From the NCBI GenBank assembly GCA_002633005.1, contig NMRA01000190.1:124001-188000 (forward strand): a stretch of DNA of 64,000 bases, in the 5' to 3' direction. This document shows, in pieces, positions 52,606-64,000 of the stretch. This DNA is from Phoronis australis. Taxonomy: Eukaryota > Animalia > Phoronida. The notes under the pieces are model-generated. The model had not been told where the DNA came from, did not search any database, and was given only the letters and a program-made list of their open reading frames with translations. The position numbers and the translations under genes are program-made. The first letter of the stretch is position 1. Each line of letters begins with the position of its first letter.

Positions 52606-52768
52606 AAACTGTCAGACTCCTCTGTTCTCGTTATCTCCAGATTCTTGAACACCCACGTCGTCGCAGTAACTGCCGGGAATGCCTCAACCTCACACACAAT
52701 GTACGCTTCATAACCAATTGCTTGATAAACCACTGACTTGTCGTTCTCTGGCTTGATGGTAGGGGCAA
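52606..52768 (-). CDS. Lachesin/DIP/IgLON-like protein, exon 6 (first half of Ig3)
   Basis: ccttccag acceptor, gtaagt donor, phase 1-2; APTIKP...YQAIGYEAYIVCEVEAFP...TW. Confidence 0.92.
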
Positions 52769-53513
52769 CTGGAAGGACAATAATAGAGCTAAGATACCTC
52801 AGCCAAGCGTTCTCCAAGTGGTTACAGAATAAGAAAACTAGTTGGTTTGTGCCAATTTATTGAGTTCCATTTCTAGAAATGGATAGTTCTTGTTTTTGGA
52901 TAAATTAACACATTTAATCATAAGCGCTTTAGTGAACCATGTCATACAATACTATATACTATAGTATATACAAGGTCCAGGTACTAAAGCTTGCCCACCT
53001 GCCCAACAGTGCATTGCCTATATTCAGATCATGTTTGCTTCTCCAACATTGAGATACTGACAGGAGACATTTGGGGAAAACACCAACCAGCTAAATGACC
53101 ATCCCTGTTTTTTTGAACTTTTCAATTTGAATGCCCTGGGCTTTAACCTGGGTCAACATTTTGCTATTATTATAATTTTAACGACAACAGAGTACGGATC
53201 AGAGGCTAAGACTACGAATCGTAACATTGTAGCTGACAAGCAGCTCAAAACAGGGATTTATGGTGTTTTTTAAACAGAACTACAGTTGCCCTTATATTAG
53301 TAATAATGCGGTGTACTCAATAAAAAAGTGCCAAGTTCACAACCACATCTCAACATTCTCAGCTACATGTAAAAGCGGGCATGCAACCTTTGACAAAATG
53401 GACGCCAACATTCTTTTAGTGTTTATGGCTATTCTAATTCTTTTTTCAAAGTCAACCACCTTAAATGTTACGTACAACTCTGGTTTCAGTCAAGTATCTT
53501 ACATCTTAGTTCG

Positions 53514-53593
53514 AATTCCAGTTTCACATCCAACCAACTTACAAGTTACATCCAATTCCAGTTTCACATCCAACCAACTTACAAGTTACATCC
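53514..53593. repeat. Perfect 40-bp tandem duplication spanning the exon 5 splice donor
   Basis: aattccagtttcacatccaaccaacttacaagttacatcc x2. Confidence 0.95.
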
Positions 53594-53694
53594 AGTTTGA
53601 CACTCCACTGTGTCCTGCCCTCGGTGTTCATAGCAACACATGTGTAATCACCCCGATCACTGGCTCGGACACTGTCGAAAAGCAAACTGGTCGC
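53583..53694 (-). CDS. Lachesin/DIP/IgLON-like protein, exon 5 (second half of Ig2)
   Basis: cttggcag acceptor, gtaagt donor, phase 0-1; ATSLLFDSVRASDRGDYTCVAMNTEGRTQWSVKLDVT; not shown in the ORF track. Confidence 0.92.
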
Positions 53695-54215
53695 CTGCCA
53701 AGATAAACAACTATATTTTTCGTAGTGATCTCAATTTCTTTTTTCTAAGTACTAAATAATGAACAAATTACGACACAATACTTCAACTTGGAACAAAAAC
53801 AATTGATAAAATTGTTAATTATTTATAAAAGCTTGGTACATTGCTGCAAAAGCACAAAAGTGTTTGAAACACAGCATCTAATATCATTATCGAGAATCAC
53901 ATGACTCAAGACAAATTAAAGAGCTCCATGTTTTAGATCTATAAAAATTGTGTAGTAGGATTTAGTTTTTGGTTTAATTTTACATTAATTTTTGTACCAT
54001 GAGGGTTTCAGGTCAGATCAACTTTAGACATCATTTCAGTTTATTTTTTGGAATAATCAGGGGTATGCTAAACTGATTAAGTCAATTTTGGACCAAGTTA
54101 AAAAAGTTTTTTCTGAATTCAAACTTTAAGTCAACGGATACCCCCCCGCAATCAATACCATCCATGAGAAACAGATGTCCTGCCATGGCATACGTAAACA
54201 GCCCACAGCACTTTA

Positions 54216-55051
54216 AGTGCTGTTCCAGTAAAATCCGTGTGGGAGGGGGGGGACGGCAGTAGAAATAAAAATTCATGGGTGGTGGTCTTCAGAAAAAAAC
54301 TCTAATTATGGGTGGTCGTTCCTGTAAGAAGTGATGCATTAAAAATGGGTGGTGTTTTTTGATCTGTTAACGTTGACAGGTTGGTTAATTCAGCCAACAC
54401 ATCTCCAAAGAAATCAAAACTCAAAAAATGCAATTGGCATATATCCCAACTTATCCCAATACAAAAAAGCCCATATTGCCAGTGAACAGAGTGCAATATG
54501 TTCACTAAGCCGTTAATCAAGTCATGGGCAACTTGATTTGAGCCAAGTGCTTGTCTGCAGTCCTATTGAATTGAAGTTATGCAACACTAAACTGGTGTTA
54601 ACACATATAAGAAAATTGATGATTTTTAAATAAAAAGTATGAGGAGTAAGATAAACAAGTTCCAATATTCACTTGACATAGAAGTATAAAAGAGTTTGTG
54701 GAGACAGTTTGAGATTCATAGATCCTTATAATTGAAAAAATGTTCATTGAAATTATAGACACATGGTGAACAGAGACACCTGGTGGCTGCCAAAAGTATT
54801 GTTCACAGGCTACTTTAATTTTTGACAATATTGGACAAGACAACTAGTTCTTGTCTGTCAATCATCTAAGTTCTTAACAGGTCCTCCTGGAGGCAATTTG
54901 TTTGCAAGTGTTGGATTTTATATTTTAACCTATTAAAAATAATTAAAAAATTATGGGTCATGGGTTGGAGAAATAAATGAAAAATATGGGCGGTGGGTAC
55001 GAAATAAAAGTGCCTTCCCCCCCCCCATACAGATTTTGCTGGAACAGCCCT
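54216..55051. mobile_element. MITE with ~35-bp TIRs (AGGGCTGTTCCAG...GGGGGG)
   Basis: taagtgctgttccagtaaaatccgtgtggg vs cccatacagattttgctggaacagccctta. Confidence 0.7.
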
Positions 55052-55656
55052 TATGACAAAAGAAATTGTACAGTGAACTACACGCAATGCTGCAAGCTAT
55101 GAAGCAAAACATGCCGTTAAAAGGAGGTAGCACTAAGTGAGTTGATCTGACAATCGTAGGCACACTGGAACGCATGGCACTGGCAGTTTTTTATGCATAA
55201 CTTTTGCAATAAAATCCAAGTATGTATGAAAAGCTAAAAGAACAACAATATAAAAATAAATCACATTCAAAGGAGTGCAGGCATAAACTAACTCTCATTG
55301 ACATAAATTACTACTAGGGGCAGGAGCCGTACGGATTTATCTGAAAATAACCATTGATGACTAAAATTACCATTGGGGTGCAAGAGCTGAACGGTGTGAA
55401 AAAGAAGGTACCTGATGTTTGACATTGTGCACAGTTGAGGAGCAATGACAACAAAACTGTGACTATAGCAGAGATAAATGGACAAACCTGTGCGTACGGA
55501 CAAAATAGATGAACAAAACTGTGTCTTAAGACAAGATAGATGGACAAACTTCTGTCCATATGGACAAGACAAATGGACAAAACTGTCTATGGACATACAC
55601 CCCAATTCATTGCCTGGGGCATACAAAAGGCTCAGCAAAAAGTCACCCCCTCTTAC

Positions 55657-55817
55657 ATTCATTGTTATGCCATTCCTCAGGGTCTGAACACCGGTCTTTG
55701 ACCATGTAATGGATGGTGTCGGAATGCCATCAGCTGCGCACGTCAAAGCCGTGTCTCTGTTACCGGCATTCTTCACCATATTCTTAGATGAGTCAAGCAG
55801 TCTGATCTGTGGCTTAG
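55657..55817 (-). CDS. Lachesin/DIP/IgLON-like protein, exon 4 (first half of Ig2)
   Basis: tctttatag acceptor, gtaaga donor, phase 1-0; KPQIRLLDSS...ALTCAADGIPTPSITWSK. Confidence 0.92.
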
Positions 55818-57201
55818 CTATAAAGAAAATACAGAGGAGAATGTATCAAATGACTGCAGTGAAGTTGTTTTATTATGGGAAATACACCTCACACAGGGCC
55901 CTTGCTTACCCGAGGGGAAAGGTGCCTGTGCCTCGCCTGATAGGGAACGCTCATCCTCACTGGTCATCACTTATTAATTGAATAGGAACCATTTCAGTCA
56001 ACTTAATGTAATTGTGTCTGATCAATTTGAAGCTAGTTTAATCGATTTGAATGTATCAGGAAAACACTCCTCAATCAAAACAGCTTGCTTATTTAGGGGT
56101 AGTTCGGGGAAACTCCAACGGCAGTAACATTCGGATGAGTCTAAATAAATGTCAAATACCGGTATGACAACAACCAAGCTGCCGTACCACTAAACGAAAA
56201 GATTATTCATTTCCCTATACAATAGTAGGAATTTATCTATCATCGCACTTGAATTAAAACAAAGTTTCAGGACATATGACGCATGTTCAGCACCTTAAAT
56301 TGCTCTGCTTCGCGTGGTGATTTTGAAAGTCTGCAGTAGGTAAACTCTCTTTTCCAAGTTATATAGGTCACTTGGTCGCTTGTCATGTAAACGAACTTGA
56401 ATTTACTTGACACTTAATACATCAATATGCTGTTGTGTTAATTAGAATAGAAAAACATACAAAAAGCATGACTTGATCAAAAAACGTGTGTCTGAATTTC
56501 CCCTACAACTTTTAGTATGAGGGAAATTTGAACACCATGCTTTTAGGCTACTGGATGTTTTTCTTGATGCTTCCTTGAGAGATTTTTATAATCAAAATAT
56601 TTGCGAATATCCCATGACTCCACAAATGTTAATAGCAGACACATTAACTTTCAGCAGTAAGTAAGCAAGTCGAGCTAGGTGGTTTCGTCTGAATTTCCCT
56701 GAACTTCCCTAACATGAGAAATGTCCAATGCAGACACAAAAACATGTAACCAGGGAAAAGAAATTCTATAGCCTTGCACACACTTTGACTGATACAAAAC
56801 AGTGTAAGCACATAACTATTTGTTTCACATGCTTAGAATTACACTTTGCCCACATCTCACTTCTAAAAATGAAACTGGTGATAAGATACAATCTTTCTCG
56901 GGGGGGGGGAGAACAATTACTTAATGATACACAAAAGTGCACTTTCTCTTAAGCATAATTTGTCAGCTTAAAGTGAGCAGTCTGGCTACAAAATTAACAG
57001 CAGCACTTCTGGGGAAACTGAAAGCGCCAGCAAAAATGAGCCTGACAAACTGACATTGTAATGAGTGTTTTCGTGACAAGCAGATGTGTAAGCCAAAACA
57101 AATGCATTTCAGTCAGCATGAGACGAGCAAAACTGCTAATCAAAGCAGCAGCAACGTGAAAAGGGTAAAAGAAACCATTCCATCCCACGTCAGGTGCTTA
57201 C

Positions 57202-57421
57202 CAACAACTTTGACAGTGACCGTGTCAGTCACGAACACGTCAGCGGCAGTCTGTATACTACACACGTATTTGCCTCCATCGTCCAGTTGAATAGTCTTCA
57301 ACTGCAGGATGTATCTCTGTCTGCTGTCTTCTTCCTTTACAGTGGCTATGTTGGGGTCCTTCGGGTTGGCATCCTCCGCCAACTCTAACCATCCACTCTT
57401 GGAGAGGAATTGAAAGAGAAG
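57202..57421 (-). CDS. Lachesin/DIP/IgLON-like protein, exon 3 (second part of Ig1)
   Basis: ctcttcttcag acceptor, gtaagc donor, phase 0-1; YILQLKTIQLDDGGKYVCSIQ. Confidence 0.9.
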
Positions 57422-58617
57422 CTGAAGAAGAGACGACCGTAAATTCAAAAGATTAGGATCAAGGTTAAACATTCTTATATCATGCTTTGAAAAGTCACAT
57501 ACATGATAGAAAAAATCTCCTTAGACCAATGTCACAGCTTACCAACAATGCATTCTATAAACAGACAACCAAGTAGATTCACGTCACATGATATCATGGA
57601 CAACAATTTTGATTAATTAGTTGATGAGAGTCTGTGTTGCTATACCAACAGCCACGACAATCTTGGATTGTCTTCAACTTAGTCCAAGTCTGACGCTAGC
57701 ACCTTGTCAGATATTAGCGTACTGAGGTGACAATACAAGCAAGGAGTTGGTGAGATGCACTTTGGATCCCAGCACAAATAATGGAAAATTTAACGAAAGT
57801 TGTAGAAACTATGCCAGTAATGGACTAAAAGTCACTTAATAAATGTTTTTTCCTCTAGGGAAATTTGACAAATAGAATTTCACTTGTCGACTATATTGTG
57901 AAACAAAGATGTGCGAAATTAATTTAACAGTATATTTTAGAAAGTTACACATGAGTCTGATTATCCATTCCTGAGATATGATGTTCCGAATGTAACGCGA
58001 TCATCTCAGTTGTTAGCGTTTATACTGCTACGAGTCAGCCCATGTACCACATGATGTAATTGATTGGACATGCATTTTGCACAAGGCGGATCCACATTGC
58101 CAACTGTATACAATAACTACGCTTTTTTAATATGTATTCCAATAGTATTTTAATTCTTATACCTCTGGTTACTACACTTCCCAATCACAATAGCAAAACA
58201 TTAGACCACAGTTAGCTAAATGTGGATATTTTTATGGGCCTGTGGGGTCCTAAAAAACACTAACAGTACAATGAAGTCAATATTGAATACACATCGACAC
58301 TAATGTTTTGTAACTGATTGGTCAAGTTTCACAGAATACTTTAGAAATTAGCTCCGCACACAGAGGTTTTTTTTACTGTGATATATATTTATTGAAGGAT
58401 ACACAGAACATACAAAGAAATAATAACAAACCCAGAAACCGCGAAGCATTATATCTGGGTTGTAAACAATTCATAAATGAAACTTGTATACATAGAGGTA
58501 TATACAATTAAGTAGTACACAGAGGTGCACATGCCACATTGTGAATTAATGTGCATCTCCACATGTGCATCGCATAAGCCAAAATACACGCACACACGTA
58601 CGTAAACTAACACCTAC

Positions 58618-58763
58618 CTTGGGAGGCTGAGCTCCAGGCCTTTGGGCAGGAGGTCTGTTTTGTACAACACAGGTGATTGACAGGGGTCTGTTGAGTTGAG
58701 CTACAAGCTCGCCATTTTCATCTTTATTTTTAATTTCCACAGTGGTGGAGTCATCGGCTAAGG
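58618..58763 (-). CDS. Lachesin/DIP/IgLON-like protein, exon 2 (end of signal peptide, first part of Ig1)
   Basis: acttgcag acceptor, gtaggt donor, phase 1-0; ALADDSTTVEIK...LSITCVVQN...PPK. Confidence 0.88.
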
Positions 58764-60222
58764 CTGCAAGTAAACAAGTGAACGGGTCACTGTCAATAAA
58801 TCAAGCATAGCTCAAACTGTGCAGTGTTTCCATTTAATAATCTTTTGCACATGTACAATACAACAGCGCTTGAAACAGTAAAAATGTCCCCCAAAAATAC
58901 AAGTGACGGCATATTTGCCGCACGTATTCCCAGATTTAGGGTTATAAAATGGGGCAGCCAAAACAATGAAATTAAAAAAAAAAAAAAAACGCCAAACATA
59001 CGCTAAATGCCTGTATGAGCGAGGTCAATTTTCTTCTCGTATCTTACTTTTTCCACTCCTATTTTGGAGTGTTTACTCGCTTCTCTCGATCGCTTGCTGA
59101 GCATGCCACTATCATTTTTGGCATCCAAAATATGCCACACTAATTACACTAATACCATTAATTCAATCATTTGATTTGGCATCAAAAGCAAACCATACAT
59201 ATCTCATCCAGTCTTTTCATACATGCCATGGTTAGAAATTTGTTAACATGAGTAAAACGGGTTTTCACATTTTTTTTAATTGCAGGTGGTCTATATAGTG
59301 AATAGAAATATGTGTGGGTTTTCAGTCCTTTAACAACAGCAATACTGAAATATCCGGTGATCTCATCCAAATCATAAACATTAATAAAGTCTGGACAGTT
59401 GTCTGGCATATAGGGTTTCACTAGGAGTAGACACTGGTCAGTAACATAGGATGTGCAGAATAGTAATTATATAACATAAAATGTTTTGCTGGGACAGTTG
59501 TGTGTCATAGGTTATGATTAAACTTGCACTTAATAAACTTCATGAGAATTCATGAAAACCTAGGAGAAGAACCCAATTAAAACATTTAAATGAATGCAAA
59601 TAAATGAGAAGATATGTAAAACAGTGCAAGCAATTTTAACAGTAGGCTACTACTAGTACTGTTTTATGTATGAGAGTTCCCACAACTTATTTTAAGTTGT
59701 CCCAGCAGCGAAGTCAGCAGTTTGGTATGTGACGACAATTAGAAACACCCAGGACCGTTAAAAGCTGACCTTTAATTAAAACTCACAAGCTTATGTTTGC
59801 TTTTGCATCAAAGCTTCTCACAAGATCACTGCAAGCGTTTTTGCACTTCGTGTAGTTTTAAAGTCTACAAGCAAACCTGAATAAACCAGATTCATTTTGT
59901 AAGTTACTATAGGTTGTGGTAGAATCAAACCCTTCTCCACAACGAAATTAAAAAAGACAATGCGATATTTGGGCTAAACCACTAAACTTCTTTAGCGATT
60001 ACAACAACTTAACTTATATTTACAATTATATCTCTGTGTTATTCTCCACCTTTAGCTACGTTCCATTTTCTTAATGTTTCTGTTACATTTAATGTTGTAG
60101 AAATAGCCCAACTGGGTAATGTTAATCTGTTCTTCAAACGACGTTAAATGAAGATTCTTGATTCATTTCAAAGAGTAGCACCGTCTACTCGACTTTTACC
60201 CAAACCTGGTGCTCAAAGGCAT

Positions 60223-61221
60223 GGACAAAGACTTACAACACTTCTTCCCTATGCTCAGACCCAGACTAAAGAAATAGTTACTCAACTCACTTATTGTTGG
60301 TTTGCTAAACCTGGCACTGCCGAAAGAGAATATCTGACTATTGTCAGGACACTTAACGAATGTAGCAAAAATAAACACTTGTTGACTATCGGTAGGCTAC
60401 TCCTACAGACAGTACGCAAGGAGCCAAACTGAAGTGAATAGGCCTATGGCTATATATCTGTGAAGTTAATACGGAGTTTTCTTCGATATTGTGAAACTGT
60501 GACGGTCATTAACAACAGATAGATTAGTATAGATTTAACAAAGACAATTCGGCTAATGACTTGTATAAAACGTCCTATGACTAGTATTAATCTGAAAACA
60601 TAGGCTTCTAACGAAAGTAGGTCAACTTCTTCACCACAGTCAGATTCCAGTTCGGGTCACAACAACTGAAGTTTGTTGTGAATTATTCGTTGTGCTGAGA
60701 GAACTGCGCCGAAANCACGCAGGGAACCAGCGAGGGACAAAGACTTACAACACTTCTTCCCTATGCACAGACCCAGACTAAAGAAATAGTTACTCAACTC
60801 ACTTATTGTTGGTTTGCTAAACCTGGCACTGCCGAAAGAGAATATCTGACTATTGTCAGGACACTTAACGAATGTAGCAAAAATAAACACTTGTTGACTA
60901 TCGGTAGGCTACTCCTATAGACAGTACGCAAGGAGCCAAACTGAATAGGCCTATGGCTATATATCTGTGAAGTTAATACGGAGTTTTCTTCGATATTGTG
61001 AAACTGTGACGGTCATTAACAACAGATAGATTAGTATAGATTTAACAAAGACAATTCGGCTAATGACTTGTATAAAACGTCCTATGACTAGTATTAATCT
61101 GAAAACATAGGCTTCTAACGAAAGTAGGTCAACTTCTTCACCACAGTCAGATTCCAGTTCGGGTCACAACAGCTGAAGTTTGTTGTGAATTATTCGTTGT
61201 GCTGAGAGAACTGCGCCGAAA
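60223..61221. repeat. ~490-bp direct duplication split by a single n (60715); probable haplotype overlap
   Basis: 60223-60714 matches 60735-61221 with a few SNPs and a 5-bp indel. Confidence 0.85.
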
Positions 61222-61264
61222 ACAAAGTCTAACTTTAAAGATTACAGAAAACAGTTAAACTCAC

Positions 61265-61322
61265 CAAATATTATACATGAAAATAACACCACGAGTTTTA
61301 AATGAACGCCGACAGTTCCCAT
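61265..61322 (-). CDS. Lachesin/DIP/IgLON-like protein, exon 1 (signal peptide)
   Basis: ATG, MGTVGVHLKLVVLFSCIIF, G|gtgagt donor in phase 1 matching exon 2; full CDS 1128 nt, 375 aa. Confidence 0.85.
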
Positions 61323-62574
61323 CGTCGATGATACAGATGTGATTTGTCGCACCTGAGCAATAGGCCTAATGGGAAATGACTCACAATGCACTGCGCATGC
61401 GCAATTAATTCCAACTGTCATCCGAGTTTAAACCAGATAAAAGGAAATGTCTAATGCTATAATCACATAAGTTAGGAAACGAAACAATATAATGAAACAC
61501 AAACTAATGAATCACCCTGTATTATAACACTGGAATCATAAGATATAACAATTATCAACACCTAAAAATGGGTAACGGCCATGCAGCGCCCTTGGCGGCC
61601 AGGTGAAAAACTGATCGACTAAAAATAGCCGGGCGAGTAGCGATGAACCACCTGACTGAATGGAGCACCGTTTGGGTTCATTCAAGGGACAACACGAATG
61701 TCCCACTGTTTTATAAACAGTAGCATAGTTACTAAATTTTATGGTAAGCAGGCTATACACCAGAGGTTTGGCGTATTAAGCACAGAATAACAAACGCCCA
61801 AGACGTGAACTGTATCATGGCTTATTACCACGGGCAACCGTACTGTCTTACCGGCGTTTGATTTAGCCTCTCATTGTCGGAGTTTGAGTGCCGAAATAAT
61901 AGTTGAGTTCACCCTTTTCGTTTTCCCTGATGGCTGGGCAGCGGGAGATCAGCAGGCGCTTAGGCCTACTGAATTGCTTCTAATTCAAACTTGTCGAATT
62001 CTCAATACAATTTTTTCAACACTGACAGAAATTATCTAGGAAAGACGGCATACAATGCGATGTCACGGTAATGCCAACGAGTAAAACTGCCCCGGCCAGT
62101 TTGCGTCAGCTTACATTTATGTTGAGCCAACATTCTAGTCGAAAATGATTCCGAGTCCGATTTTGAGTACAAATTAAGCTGCGTTCTGTGCCGTACTTTA
62201 AGGAAAGTCGTAATAACTGTGGTAGGCGTGGCCTGAATACGTTTGAAGGAACAATCCATTTAGAGTGCTTCGCGCTGTACCAAAAAGTTTTCCTGCGATT
62301 TATTCAGCGTCGGCTGCAGTTGTTGAAAAGAAGTGCCGAAGACGCAAGTAGGAGAACGATCGTCAATGAAAAGTAAGAATTATCAGCCTTCATACACGAC
62401 GTCATATGTTGGTCACATATAGTGAGCAATCACTACATAAGAGAACATTTGTATTTTGTTATAAACCTATTTTCTCCTATAGTAATATTTTTCATCATCA
62501 TTTCCGACGCAATGATATGCACAAAATCGCAAATATACTCTTGTAAGCACGTTACACAGTTGCAAAGACATAGA

Positions 62575-63087
62575 CAAACAGCAATGGCTGGGCCATATAT
62601 TATCTCTTAGTTTCTTACGAATTGTTTTTAAAATAGACTCATTCTAGAAGAATGGGCAAGATGTCCCGACAAAAAATGTTTAATCACAGCTCTTGCACGT
62701 TTTCCGATGTTCAAGTCAGAAACAAAAATCGAAACTGGCTGACACTTAGGTATAGTTAGAGATCAGTGTTTCTGCTTTGTTTGTTCTGGCACTGCTGAGG
62801 ATAAAAAATACGTTTTATTAGAGTGTCCAGTATATGAAGTTATAGGAGAAAGTTTGGTATTTGTCTTAATATTAATAGCTTTGGTGGTGACCCCTTCATT
62901 TATTTGATGAAGTCTTGCAACGTTTGGAACTTATCTCGTTTCATTCACCAAGTTTTTATTGTGCAAAGTTAATTTAATAGTCTATGATATTATGTCAAGC
63001 ACTTTGTTAATTACGCGCTTGTATTTGCTATTTTCATACTTGTATATGGACCGGAGGCCTAAGTACTGAAAGAAATTGATTTGATTA
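62575..63087 (+). mobile_element. CR1/L2-type LINE 3' fragment (degenerate)
   Basis: KIETG*HLGIVRDQCFCFVCSGTAEDKKYVLLECPVYEVI resembles the IETGR..C..C..EDE.H.L..CP.Y motif; ends in a (gattt)-type tail. Confidence 0.7.
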
Positions 63088-64000
63088 AAGTTTATAGAGT
63101 CTCATAACGGCGTTAACGATAGATAATGGCGAATGAGTTCATCAGCAGGCAACGGAGAAAAAGTTTAGGGACCACAGTATTATCGTTATGCAATTCATCC
63201 CTGGTTAACCTCTGTACGTTGTTATCGGACATCTGCTCATCACCTCGAGGTCCTCAGTTCATAACGATCTACAGCTATGTCTTGGCGGGCTGTGTGTTTT
63301 TGTTTGGTGTCCCATGTCTTTGTAGAAATCGGTGAGTCGAAGTTTTTGAGTAGGGTCATCGACTTTTTCATTTAGCGCAGAAATTAGTCACATCTTTTCT
63401 AAAGAGAACATTTGTCGGCAATCACTTTAGCACGCAAGCTTGGTTGAACACACGACAGTGTTGTCTACGACTTTAGAGACGCTCTCTAGACAGTATGTAT
63501 GGTGCTAATGCCAATAGATGGGCTTTTCATGCATTTGGCACCCGCCCACGAGGCCGAATCATTGAGTAGTCCTCATTATTTTCAATTCTCCTTAACGGTT
63601 TAAAAATTTCTTCATTTTTGCCAAATGTGGAACGGAATTATTATAACATTGCTTCTGGATTACGGAAACTGACCTTTTTCCGTGGACGCCAAAGACGCAC
63701 AGTTAAAAAAGAATTGAAGCGAATGGATCTGGGTAGATTTTTTTGTTTAAGTATGCATTAGGTTTTTGAAATCACTTGTACAATTAAAATTAGGCCCTGG
63801 ATTGCTGATTATATTTAGGTTTAATCTTATCTCCACTCTGAATCAAAGTCCTGGGATTAAAGTACTCAGGTCTAACTTTCCTGAAAGTCGTCAAGATAGA
63901 CCTGAAATATAAAAAGGCATTGCAGGTGAAACTTCCATATATAAGCGCTGCTGGGCATAGCAAGAAAATTTAACTAACGGTGGACTGAATTCACAGCTTA

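Noticed and set aside
53260-53706. 148-aa plus-strand ORF
   Set aside because: Antisense shadow of Ig exon 5 and the 40-bp duplication; no protein-like features

Overview
AT-rich, repeat-dense animal genomic DNA from a draft assembly (one N gap and three single-n overlap joins). It is probably an invertebrate; the taxon cannot be determined from sequence alone. Three spliced genes were reconstructed by hand from GT-AG boundaries and reading-frame phase. (1) A plus-strand Ras gene of the H/K/N-Ras family, with 5 visible coding exons at 18093-30212 and a polybasic tail ending CSLL; the first coding exon and a ~29-nt switch-I micro-exon were not found. (2) A minus-strand 6-exon gene at 44507-38835 encoding a ~258-aa secreted prepro-protein with three tandem exon-encoded six-cysteine modules (C..C..C-x8-CC-x-TR-x2-YC), PLAC/ShK-like but atypical; this is the most interesting object in the window. 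(3) A minus-strand 8-exon lachesin/DIP/IgLON-like gene at 61322-48732 (~375 aa, three Ig domains, predicted GPI anchor). Introns and intergenic DNA hold many non-autonomous DNA transposons (hAT-like with 5-, 6- and 8-bp TSDs, Tc1/mariner-like, Kolobok-like, Harbinger-like), a Penelope GIY-YIG relic with an inverted copy, CR1/L2 LINE 3' ends, and a 2.8-kb nested transposon cluster 37 bp downstream of the Cys-rich gene's stop codon. No database searches were run; family assignments come from motif recognition.
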